A DNA stretch of 57,195 bases, taken from a virus (taxonomy: Duplodnaviria; Caudoviricetes). The stretch spans positions 1-57,195 of the IMG/VR virus record IMGVR_UViG_3300042544_000814; one strand, written 5' to 3'. Shown here piece after piece: positions 21,701 to 32,700 of the stretch. Both the position numbers and the translations under genes were made by a program. The notes below the pieces were generated by a model that had not been told where the DNA came from, did no database searches, and was given only the letters and a program-made list of their open reading frames with translations. Numbering within the stretch: the stretch's first letter is position 1; each line of letters begins with the position of its first letter.

Positions 21701-24700
21701 TATTTTACCTCGCTCAAGAATACTTGCATGTCTGGTCCACTTACAGAGTTTGAGTAATCAATTTGATATACCACAAATCTAGAATTATCTTCCGCAGCTT
21801 GATTAACACCATCGACTGAATAGGACACCTTTACAACATCTCCTAACTGAAGAACTGGCATTCCAAATACACGCAGTCCAAGACTTCTTCTTGGCTTCAT
21901 TATTTTAGAAACCATCCAAGACATCAAGTTATCGGCATCGTCATGGCTTTGTATATATGGAGCTTCTAGGACAAACTCATTCTTTCCTTGGCTTAGCCTA
22001 CTAGCCTTAATATCTTGATAATCCTTTTTAGATTTTATTGGATAAGACACTAGCTGAGATCCTTCAAACTCTGGCTTTGAAAAGTCACTCTTTTTTGAGA
22101 AGTATTCATCTACGGTAAGCTCATGCTGAGATTCTTGTGTAAAGGTCACGCCCTGAATTCTTAGATAGTTTCCGCTAGTCTCATCTAGGTTAAGGATAGT
22201 ATCTGTGGCATTAAATACCAGGAACTCTGCACCATAAGCACTTGCAACAAATCCAGAAACGGTGTACCCCTTAATGCCATTAAATGTTGGAGACATTTTT
22301 GCATGTAGTGCAGGGTATGCCTTGTCATATCTAATGTTAAAGTATGCTGCCTCCCTCATGATTGTTCCAAACTCCTCAAAGTACATGTTATACTTTGGTG
22401 GCTCGCTAGGATTAATGCCAGTAAGATAGCTAGCTTGAACCACACCACTCATAGCATACTTTCTAAAGGACTGATTTACGTTTATTTCCTCTTCTGCAAA
22501 TACTGCGTTTACTGGTGTGTCTAAGGCATATGCAGTGTTCTGAGAATAGTTATTTGAAATTGCATAAATATTTTCAAACATCAATCGTGAGCCACCTCGC
22601 ACAAACATTGCCATACTGTTATAGACTGGCAAAGGGCTATTATCATCAACTGTTGCCACCTGCTTATTGTTGACGTATAGGTAGAATCTTCTTGTAGATC
22701 CAATGTCTCGATACTCTACAGCAATATCGTATACCGTTGGGTATTGCTCGGATGTCATCCTATACTGTCCAGTAAACTTTCCATCATCTACAAGAATCTG
22801 AGAAAGTCCTTGCCATAAAGTGACAGGCACTGCTTTTTCAGATGAGTTTCCGCCACTACTCATTATCTTATAAAACATCATGTTGTAGATTGTGTCTGCA
22901 TTGTTGTATGACTCTACATTGTTCTCGCTAAGTGCAACTAGTTCAAAGTAGTATCCATTGTTTGTTTGTGGATTAAGTAATACAGCTAAACCACCGCTAG
23001 CACCAGATATAATAACATTTTGGCTTGCCTTCTTTGGCTCTCCAACATATGCTGTATATGCTCCAAGCGGTGACTGCGTCTTGTCATCACTATTTTCAAG
23101 CTTTCCCACAATCCTCATTCTTGTACCAAAGTGAGTAAACTTAGATGGTAGTGGCTTGTGAACATAAGAAATAAAGTCTATCGGCTTTTCTGTTGTGCTA
23201 AATGCTGGTCCAGTCATAACAAAGGCAGATGACTGAATAGTTCCTGGAGCAATGGCAGCCTGGTTTGCTGACCCTTCCTTTTGCGGGTCGTACGTTAGGA
23301 AATTCTTAATTACTCCAGTCCTTACTGACTCGGTAGCAATTGAGTTGCTTACACCAGCAGGTCCCCTAGAAACTACCAGACTATCCGACTGCATTCCGAA
23401 TAGCTCAGAGGATATCATGTTACATCCACGGACATTTTCATTATTAGTCCAGTAAGGGTTTAGTCCTGCCTCATGAGCCACAACCTTAGTTCCAAACTGT
23501 CCACGACCATGCTTGGCTACTGTGCCGTCAGAGAGCCTCTCAGTGCCGTTTACAACCACATAGTTTGGCTCTGAATAGATCCTTACACGTCCAGTCGGAT
23601 ACATCTTTCCATTAAATGGTATTTGAGAGAAGTACCTCTGATACTCTCGTATTCCTGTAATCCAAACTCTGCCAATTCCTCCAGAAGAAACTGATTCTGC
23701 TGATAGCTGACCATTAGTATTTGTTTGCAGAACAGTAGTCTGAACTCCTGGGATCTCAAACTCTACCGCATCATACTTGATGACTTCGCCATTTGCATAG
23801 AAATATCCATTGTATCGTGTAAGCCAATAAGCACCTTCACCAAAATCCATAATGTTATCTACGACAACCCCATTTCTTACTGAAGGAACTGTACTAGACA
23901 GAGTAGTCTGTAGTGGAATGGCAGCTAGAGCATATGCAGACTGATTACCGACTTCGTCATTTACAGACCTAGTATTCTCTGTTCCAGATACTTCCCAAAG
24001 CAATGCTGGCTTATATATCCAAGTCTTGTCCTGATCTATCATAGAGGCTTGTCTAATTGTTCCATATGATCTTTGAACATACCTAGTAGTGTATGATATA
24101 TATCCGTCATTAAATACATCGTCTTGCTGAGAGCTTATCTCGATAATATTTGCAAGCTTTTGACTAGTAGCCTTATTGCTAATTGCACCATCCACCTCAA
24201 AGTCTTTTGTTCCGTATAGCGTTACATCTATACCACGAACCTCTTCTGACGGCATCATATATTCCTTGCTCATCAGAACTAGATTATTATATTCATCAAG
24301 GAACATTGCTGTCTGTGTGGATACCGCAATATCTTGTAGAACTTCTGCAACTGTCACCCCTGGTGCCACAAAGAAGAATGGAATAATTGCTTCAGACTCT
24401 CCTGGTGCTCTCTTGAAAACATAATTACTAAATCCAATTGAGTCTAACAATAGAGATACCGCATAGCTAAGAGAAGCATCCTGGATTAGTATCTGTGGTG
24501 CGGACTGGGATTCAAAGTAAAAGAATAGATCTCTTAACGTCAGGGACACTGATCTGTCTGAGCTGGATAGCTCTGGGATGCCCTCAGAATACATGGTCTT
24601 AATTGGAACAAAGTAGTCATACCCGTCTACATCAAGAATGGCTTCAAAGAGCTTTATCTGAATGTTTCTAGTTAGGTGATTCTTAATTATGCTGTTGTCG

Positions 24701-26076
24701 TTTATAGAACTAAATGCTAGATCGTAATCAAAAAGTGTTATTGATCCTGTACCAGCAAGGAGTTGGCCAACTGGCATACCACTGCTGCCCAAATCTGATG
24801 CAGCCTTGGTTACGTTAAAAGACTCTACTTTATCTGTTAGGTTAACTGCCAATCTAGGGGATAGCTCTATGAGGTCAAATATTGAATCTACCTTATTCAT
24901 AGTTTCTACTACTATTCTAATTCCAGAAATTTCTTGGAACTCCCTATAATAAGTCTGTCCAGTAGAAGGATCGGTAAAGGTGCTTGGCTCAGTTAGGTTT
25001 GTAACGAAGTTGGTAAGCCTATCTATAGAACCCTCTTCTAAGTACCAGCCATAACTTGGAACAAATGTTTCATAGTCTCCAGTTCCTTGGATCCAAATGT
25101 GATATGTTCCAATATCGGATTCACTATCTTTAACCAGATATGCATATCCATTTAAAGACTGTTCTGGCAACAAGCTTTCAGAGCGGTACTCCTCCATCTT
25201 AATAAAGATGTCTCTATATCTTTCTGGAACCTTTAGTCCATAAGATAGTTCTACATAGCCATCAGACCCTATGATTGGCGATCCGTCTCTTCTTGCAGAA
25301 TTGGGATTAAAAGAAGCAATGTCTATCCAGCTATTATCGCTTAGGCTTTGTACCTTCCATTTTACTGGTGTAGTTTTATTTCTATCTCCAAAAAACGGAT
25401 CTGCGAAAGAGCCAACCTGATTTCTAAATGGACCAAGATCTATCTCTCCAACGTTGGTCTGCATCTTGACTACAATTCTATTTGTTGGAACTACGTTCTT
25501 ATAAACAATAAATGGAGCTACGTCATCAATGTAGTGCTGTCCGTTTCTTAGTTTATTTGCAATACCACGCTCGTGCGATACATCATTGTCATCTACTTCT
25601 GTTCTGTACGAAGACCAATACTTAAAGCTATCATCCTTATGGGCCATATAGTACCTAGGCCTACGAATCATATTAATGTTTGTATGATGTGTATATTTAT
25701 CTTGGAAGTACCTTAGCTTGTTGATTCCTGAACGTGGTCGGAATTTGCCAAAACATTGTTCTAAAGAGTATAGCTGTGCCTCTTTTTCTTTTTTAGATTT
25801 AAACACCGCTGGGGTATCGTTATCCTTAAGACCTCCATCGATAACAATGTCAGCATCTGTTGCACCTGTATAAAAATTACCACTGTCATTTGGATCAAAA
25901 GAGTTTAATGGCAACCCAAACTTTGAACCAGGCGTATCTGTTGGCCTATACCTATAATTACCTATGAGGGCAATATTTTCTGCAATGTTCATATTCCACT
26001 CAGCAAACGCTGCCAACTGAGTTCTTATTGTAGAGCTAGTTTCTAAATGATTTTGTAGGTCTGAATCTTGAAACAT
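21700..26076 (-). CDS. Large tail tip/hub protein
   Basis: 1458 aa, second gene after the TMP; hub-like C-terminus (YIQSHDDA...LQLGDVV). Confidence 0.75.
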   Translation of the reverse strand: MFQDSDLQNHLETSSTIRTQLAAFAEWNMNIAENIALIGNYRYRPTDTPGSKFGLPLNSFDPNDSGNFYTGATDADIVIDGGLKDNDTPAVFKSKKEKEAQLYSLEQCFGKFRPRSGINKLRYFQDKYTHHTNINMIRRPRYYMAHKDDSFKYWSSYRTEVDDNDVSHERGIANKLRNGQHYIDDVAPFIVYKNVVPTNRIVVKMQTNVGEIDLGPFRNQVGSFADPFFGDRNKTTPVKWKVQSLSDNSWIDIASFNPNSARRDGSPIIGSDGYVELSYGLKVPERYRDIFIKMEEYRSESLLPEQSLNGYAYLVKDSESDIGTYHIWIQGTGDYETFVPSYGWYLEEGSIDRLTNFVTNLTEPSTFTDPSTGQTYYREFQEISGIRIVVETMNKVDSIFDLIELSPRLAVNLTDKVESFNVTKAASDLGSSGMPVGQLLAGTGSITLFDYDLAFSSINDNSIIKNHLTRNIQIKLFEAILDVDGYDYFVPIKTMYSEGIPELSSSDRSVSLTLRDLFFYFESQSAPQILIQDASLSYAVSLLLDSIGFSNYVFKRAPGESEAIIPFFFVAPGVTVAEVLQDIAVSTQTAMFLDEYNNLVLMSKEYMMPSEEVRGIDVTLYGTKDFEVDGAISNKATSQKLANIIEISSQQDDVFNDGYISYTTRYVQRSYGTIRQASMIDQDKTWIYKPALLWEVSGTENTRSVNDEVGNQSAYALAAIPLQTTLSSTVPSVRNGVVVDNIMDFGEGAYWLTRYNGYFYANGEVIKYDAVEFEIPGVQTTVLQTNTNGQLSAESVSSGGIGRVWITGIREYQRYFSQIPFNGKMYPTGRVRIYSEPNYVVVNGTERLSDGTVAKHGRGQFGTKVVAHEAGLNPYWTNNENVRGCNMISSELFGMQSDSLVVSRGPAGVSNSIATESVRTGVIKNFLTYDPQKEGSANQAAIAPGTIQSSAFVMTGPAFSTTEKPIDFISYVHKPLPSKFTHFGTRMRIVGKLENSDDKTQSPLGAYTAYVGEPKKASQNVIISGASGGLAVLLNPQTNNGYYFELVALSENNVESYNNADTIYNMMFYKIMSSGGNSSEKAVPVTLWQGLSQILVDDGKFTGQYRMTSEQYPTVYDIAVEYRDIGSTRRFYLYVNNKQVATVDDNSPLPVYNSMAMFVRGGSRLMFENIYAISNNYSQNTAYALDTPVNAVFAEEEINVNQSFRKYAMSGVVQASYLTGINPSEPPKYNMYFEEFGTIMREAAYFNIRYDKAYPALHAKMSPTFNGIKGYTVSGFVASAYGAEFLVFNATDTILNLDETSGNYLRIQGVTFTQESQHELTVDEYFSKKSDFSKPEFEGSQLVSYPIKSKKDYQDIKASRLSQGKNEFVLEAPYIQSHDDADNLMSWMVSKIMKPRRSLGLRVFGMPVLQLGDVVKVSYSVDGVNQAAEDNSRFVVYQIDYSNSVSGPDMQVFLSEVK

Positions 26077-26718
26077 TTAGACCTCTTCCAGCGTTACGCT
26101 TATATTCCAAAAGTCATAGTTAGAACCACCACGCCTTACAACAGAGTAGTTAAAGTCAGAAATAAACATTTCTATAAGCTGGTTATACTGTGGCAGCTTT
26201 TCATACGCTTCATCATTTTCACCAAAGGATGAGAACTTGTCATATGCTAGGTATACCCAGAATGACCCCTTGTGGTTTTCATACCACTTTAAAATATCTA
26301 CACCGCCAGCACCGCCATCAGTGGTGTACTCTAGTGTGTTATTATTTGCATATGGGGACTTTCCGTCCTCTAGGCTATAGTTTGGCCTAAGTGCGTATGA
26401 CCTAGATGGAAGCATTTCCCACGAAGTAGATAGCGTCATCTTGTCTGCAATGTGGTATGAACGCATTCTGCCGTTAGCCATTCTCTTTCTACTCTCTATT
26501 CTCTGAGGCTTAAAGTCTAATGGTGATCTATTGTCATCCGAAAGAATCATAAATTGATCAAGCAGTGTTTGGTCTTCTTCCCCGTCTGGATCTGCATTTA
26601 CCTCAAGACCATTTGGAATGTATAGCCCATTGACAACCGTTCCAGAGTTGTCAGACCAAAGCATGCCTTGCGGTCTTTGATACTTTTTGCGTCCTAGTAG
26701 GTATGCTTCACTAGTCAT
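26077..26718 (-). CDS. Distal tail protein (Dit-like)
   Basis: Directly after the TMP; RMANGRMRSY...WNISVTLEEV. Confidence 0.7.
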   Translation of the reverse strand: MTSEAYLLGRKKYQRPQGMLWSDNSGTVVNGLYIPNGLEVNADPDGEEDQTLLDQFMILSDDNRSPLDFKPQRIESRKRMANGRMRSYHIADKMTLSTSWEMLPSRSYALRPNYSLEDGKSPYANNNTLEYTTDGGAGGVDILKWYENHKGSFWVYLAYDKFSSFGENDEAYEKLPQYNQLIEMFISDFNYSVVRRGGSNYDFWNISVTLEEV

Positions 26719-29700
26719 TAGAACTTATTTCCCCTAATTCTCTGAGAGTCAATGTGCTTAATCTGGTTCATAACTGCCCTGGCAATTTGGTCAGGATTTG
26801 AGTCAGTCTGAACATTAACGTTTACCTCATAATTATACATGGAATCGCCATTGTATGTTCCATTATTTACAGCCTTTAGCTTATCTGCACCAAAGTTTTC
26901 AACACCATACTTGCTCATTACAAACTCTCCAGGTGTTAGCATAGCTGGGATAGTGTCTGACCCCTTTGATACAAACCTTGTAGCCATAAGCCCACCAGAA
27001 CTAAATCCGATGGAGTCTGCAGGAAATGTCTTATAGTGATCTTTGTGAATTCCTTGTGGCGATTCCACCCTCAAGATATTGTCTAGAGCCTGCTTTACAT
27101 TTCCGAATGCCCCACCTGGCTTGCTTGTACTCCAGGCTCCTGTTTTTCCATTAGAGTATACGATGCTTCCTGGCTTTTTTCCATACTTCAAAACGTAACT
27201 TGCTCCAAACCTTTTAACGGAATAGACAGTAGAACCAACTGGCACCTTAAAGAAGCTGTTTGCTGGAACCTTAAGGGTCTGCGGAGAAGTTTCTGAAGAT
27301 CCTGCTGTTAGGGCTGCAGCAATAATTGGGTTATTCTTTGTTTTTCCAAGAGAGTTCTTTAAGATATCTTCTCTTTTTGCCTGTGCTGCTGCTGCTGCTG
27401 CATCTGCTCCAGAAGGCTGGAAGTTGTCTCTCTTAACTGCGTCCCCACCGTAAAGAGTTGCGTTTCTTGCGGCATCTGCACCAGAAGTTGGAAAGTTCAT
27501 TGATGATGCAGCTAAAATTCCAGCTAGAGTTGTTGTGTCTACTCCGCTAGGGACATTGACATTCTTTGTGGTGTCGGGGACTGAGTCTTCGTCTTGGCCA
27601 TCTCCGTTGTCGCTGTCACTTCCACCACCAGAGCTTGGACCACCAGTAGCTACTGCAACTGGCTTTTGGTTAAACTTGGCATTTGTGGCAGCGTTCTGCT
27701 CATTGGTGAATAGCGTCTGAACATTAGACTGCCTATCTGATGGCTTAGTGTTGTAATAATCTTCTATGTCCTTTACGACTGTCAATCCGCCATTGATAGC
27801 TTTTGTATATTCTTCGCTGCTAGTTCTCGCTAGCTCAATTCCGTTAGAAATTTGATCCCACTCTAGCCTTGTCTTGCCAGCAACCTTTAGGTCTTGCTTT
27901 GCTAAACTAGCAGCAGCTTCTGCCTTTCTGATGTTTTCCTGTGCTGGCTCAAGACGGCTTTCCTCAATTTCAAAAATCTTTTTCTGATTTACAAGGATCT
28001 TGTCATCAAGCTGTTGCCTTGTCATACCAGACTTGGACAGGAGTGCATCTGTCTGAAGCTTTTGTGCCCTCTCTAGAGCATCCCTCTGAGAGCTAAGTGC
28101 GTCACGAGCTGACTGATCTCTCATCTCTTGTGCTGCTCTAGCAGCTGCTGCAATGTCACCTCGTGAAAGAGCATCTGCAAGACCTAGCTGCTTTTGTTGC
28201 TGAGCAGTGATTCTTTGGTTTACCTCTTCGATTCTGTCTAGAGCCTCATACTTCTTTTCATAGGACTTGCTAATTTCCTCTTCTTTCCAAGCAATTTCCT
28301 GAAGTCCTGCTTGATAGTCATCAATCTGATACTGCAGTAATGCAATATCATTCTGAGCAACTTCAGCAATTTTTCTATCCCCTACAATAGACAGCTCTGC
28401 TTTAATGTCAATAGCTCGCTCTTCAGCAGCAAACTTATCCATGGCCTTGTTTAGACCGTCAGTAAATAGGCCTTCTTTAAATTCAAGGCTATTTACAACC
28501 TGCTCAAGTCTAGTTTTAAATTCTTGCGGAAGCGTATTAATCTCTCCAGCCAAGTACTGTCCATAAATTTCACGAAGGTTGCTGTCTTCTAGGATGGCCT
28601 GCTGCTGTGCGAAGTCAAACTTAGTAGCACCTTGTGCAAATCTTTCAGTTACTCTTAGATCCCTATTTTCATTTGTAACGTCTTCCCTTAGTGTTCTTAC
28701 GGCTTCGAACTGGCGAAGTGCTTTTTCTGCTCGCTTAGCCTCTTCAGTTATCTTCTTTAGCTCTTCGTTACTCAAATCCTTGGTAGCTACAGCTGCTGCA
28801 AATGCAGTATCCTCTACTGCTGCATAGGCTTCACTTACAGACATTCCAGAGGCTACTAGTCTCTGAAGTGCTACGTTTTGGTTATTGACATCTACTGTGA
28901 CTCTTGCCATTCCATTTTGGAATTCACCAAGTGCAATTTCATTAAAGGCTTTTTTAGTTGCTGTACCCTGGTCAGTAAGAGTGATTGCACCTGTCTTCTT
29001 GTTTGTCTTAAAGAATTTCTTTTGGTCAGCCTCGTCTAGCCCCATCAGGTAATCTACAAACTCAGAGCTTCCGCCCTTTTGTGTTAGAAGCTGCTCCATT
29101 CCAGTGAATCTAGTAATGTCCTTATTTCCACCAAGAAGTCTCATAAGCTCTTTCTTTCCGCCCTTGGCATTAATTCTAGAGTCTCTAATTTCTTTTAGTC
29201 TTGATAGTGGATCATCAAGTGGCTCATTTCTGCCTCCGCCACCGCCACCGCCACCACCGCCTGGAGTCTTTGGTGCTGCTGCTGCTGAGCCCTGGGTTGC
29301 CTTAAAAGCTTCATGAGCTCTATAGTATCCAACCTTTACAGAGTCAGACATGCCTGCATACTGCTTGCCACCGTACTTATATCCGTCAATAGTTACGTCT
29401 TCTGTTAGCCACTTCTGGTAGTCTTCTGATGCAATAATATCAGCTTCTGGGACATACAGCTGTGAGACTAGAGTCTTTGTATATACAACCTTATCATCTT
29501 CAGACAGAGTATTGAAGTATGCCTCATCCTCTTTACTGATCTTACCCTTTAGCTCAGGTGCGATTTCAAGAACAGCCTTTATTGTCTTTGGCTTCTTTTC
29601 ATTGATTGTATCCATTAACTTATTAAACTTATTATATGCAGCTGAATTTGCTAGGTAGAAGTCTACGGCTACCTTAGCTGGAATTACCTGGCCAAGCCTG

Positions 29701-32700
29701 GTTAATTCAGAAATGTTATTTAGAAGATCCTGGGCATCTCCGTCAGACTCCTGTGCATCTACCTCTAGCGTTAGCTTTCTTGCCAGATCCTTGTCTCCTA
29801 GCATAGCTCCTAGCTCTGCAGTTCTTCCTGCTACGTCTCCAGAAAACTTTGTAATGATGTTTAGTACTGCTGCCTGCGACTTTGCATCTCCCATTGCCAT
29901 ATCCATCAGCTTACGCATAGTCGCTGGAGGAATTTCTCCAGAAGACATCTTGAGTTCAATTAGGTATTGCTGGTCTTCTCCAAGCTTAAGCTGATCTGCC
30001 TGAGCACGTACAACATCAACATATGCTAACTGATCTGCATCATCCTTGTACTTTGCATCAGTTGCCTTTACAGCACCGCTCATTAGTGATTCTTGAAGTG
30101 CTGGGCTTTCATTAAATCCATTTAGGATTTCCTGATTCATAGCTGCCATCTGGTCTGTAAGAATCTTACGCTCATCCATATATCTAGTTTGCATGGCGTT
30201 AGCTTCGTTAATTTTTCCCTGTATCTTTAGCTCTTTAATTTTCTTTTCATAGAACATATCCATAGAGTCTAGAAGTTCTTTATTTTGCTCTAATGCTATC
30301 TTTGCATCTACCGCTACTGCAGCACCAAGCTTTCCATAGTTTGCTACACCCTCTTCATATGCTGCAAAGCCAGCAATTGCACCACCAATAGTTCCAATGA
30401 TTCCACCAATTGCAGCTCCAAGCGGGGCAGCTACACCAGCAGTTAGAGCTCCTGCAATAAGGGCACCGATTCCTGCACCAGCGGCACCAGCACCCAAAGC
30501 AGTTCCTATAACTCCAGTATTTCTATCTACAGATGAACCACTTGCAGAACCAAAGTACCCTGGTCCTACGTTTGCATTAGCAGTAGCCAAGCTTTGTGTC
30601 ATTGCATCTTGGTTTGCCTGCAAAGCATTAATTCTAACCTGGAGTGGATCTTTCAAAAGATCTGTTCCGTTTGGACCTAGTAGCTCTTCCATATTTGCAA
30701 TTACGTCAATTGCAATAGAGGCATCTCCAGATTCTTTTGCAAGATTACCTGCCATTGATGTGGCTTGCGAAAAAGTCATTGCATTAGATAGGACTGCAGA
30801 TGTTAGCTGAGATGTAAGATCCTTGACGCTACCCTCTCTATCTCCAGAGGCAAGCTGTTTGGCTAATGCCTCTGTCTGCTTCTTACCAGCCTCAGTCTGA
30901 ACGAATGCTTCTCCATAAGTTGTCTTACCAGCTACAGCACCTAGCTCACGGTCTCTTTCTGCACGTCTTCTGTCCATTGCTTCAGATGCAGTAACGTTAC
31001 CGCCAAACTCAGCAATAGTCTGCATAGCCTCACGGCTGGCCTTCATGGTTTCTGAGTACTCTAGAACCTTTTTCTGTGCGTCATCGAACTTTGCATTTAG
31101 AAGCATAATGCTTCCAATAACAGCACCAACTGCTACAGCTATTGCTCCAGCGAAAGACCCCATAAGTGGAATTGCTATTGAGGCAACCATTAGAGCTGGC
31201 ATTAAGTCATTTGCCATCTTAGCCATTGGGCTATCGCTCATACCGACCATCATGGCACCCATCATGGCAGCTCCTGCTGCACCACCAGCTGCTCCAGTTG
31301 TCCTGCCCATGGCATTGCCATAACGCTGCCTTAGCGTTTGCTTAGGTATTGGCTTTCCGTCTTTGTCTACATCTTGATTTGCTGCATTTCTGCCATATGC
31401 TGCTGGAGCTAAGAATTGTTGCTTTGCTTCTGCAGTGGCAGGTCTTGCCTTTCCCTTTTCGTCAAACGTGAATACCTTGTTTCCACTACCAGAAGGAACC
31501 ATATAAGATGTTCCAGGAACCCTTGCGTTTTTAATATTTGTGTTACGCTCATTATCCCGCACCATCTCATCTTTATTTGCGTAAACCTTTCCGCTGTTAT
31601 TATCTCTAACGCTACCATTGGCAAGGTCTGTATAAGTGTTAAGTGGTGCTGCAGTGTGTGGCAACAACAACTGTCCCCTAGTTGCAACATCTAAAGCAGC
31701 CTTCTTGGCTACTGATACAAAACCAGTTCCAAGGTTCTTTGCACCTTCTGCAACAGTCTTAGGAGAAAAAGCACGAAGACCAAATCTCTTTCCAGACTTG
31801 TCTATTTGATCATCAGTTGGCAAGAAAGGTGATTTTCCTGGTCTTGCCCCCACAGTACCTTGAGAATTTCCAAGTGGATCTAGCGGTAGCGGTCTTCCGC
31901 TAGTGTCAAATCCTGGTATCTTAGGAACATTGCTATCAAAGTAGCCTGGGATCTTTCCATGTACCATTTGCTGAATTAGTGGTGCATACTTTTCAGATTG
32001 CTTTGCAGGAATTACAGCTTCTCCTGGTGACAGCATAGCGGGAACTACGTCGCCAGCTCCCTTTGGTCCTGGAACAGATACTACACCATTTGCATATCTC
32101 TTACCCAATAGCTGTGCCATGCTGATAGCTGCCTGCTGCCTTGAAGCTCTCCCTGGCTTTGGAGAAGGTTTTTCTGACTTAGCAGGCTTTGGAGAGACAG
32201 GTTTTCCTATTTTTGGAGCTACTTGTTTGGCAGCATGTCTCTCCATAACTTCTTCATGCTTTCTTCTTGCCTGGGCATTTACCTGGCTGAGGTATTTTTC
32301 ATCGGCGGCATCTCTAGGGCTTATCCTCATGGAGGCTAGTCTGCCTAGGTATGAGTTTCCTGGTGACTTCTTGTATTCTACCAAACGCTCGTCTATGAAC
32401 TCAGATAGCATACCTGCTTCTTTAGTGGCAACCATAGCTCTTGTAGAGCCTGCATTTGCAGTATAGAAGTCTTTAGAAATTCTTCCTAAAAGCTTATAGG
32501 CTTCTATGGTTGTTGGGTGTGCTCCGCCCTTAAGTCTATTAAACTCTCTTCTTGCTACAGCACTATCGATGCCCAAAGATTTTGCAATTTTGTCAATATT
32601 CTTTTCAGAGTCATTCATCAAAACCTTAAAGGATGATGTCTTTGACATATCATCAAGAGCCTTATTAACCATTGCATGATCAGCCTGAAGGTTCTGGTAT

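Noticed and set aside
29230-29265. CCACCG repeat
   Set aside because: Encodes a poly-Gly linker in the TMP; ordinary low complexity.
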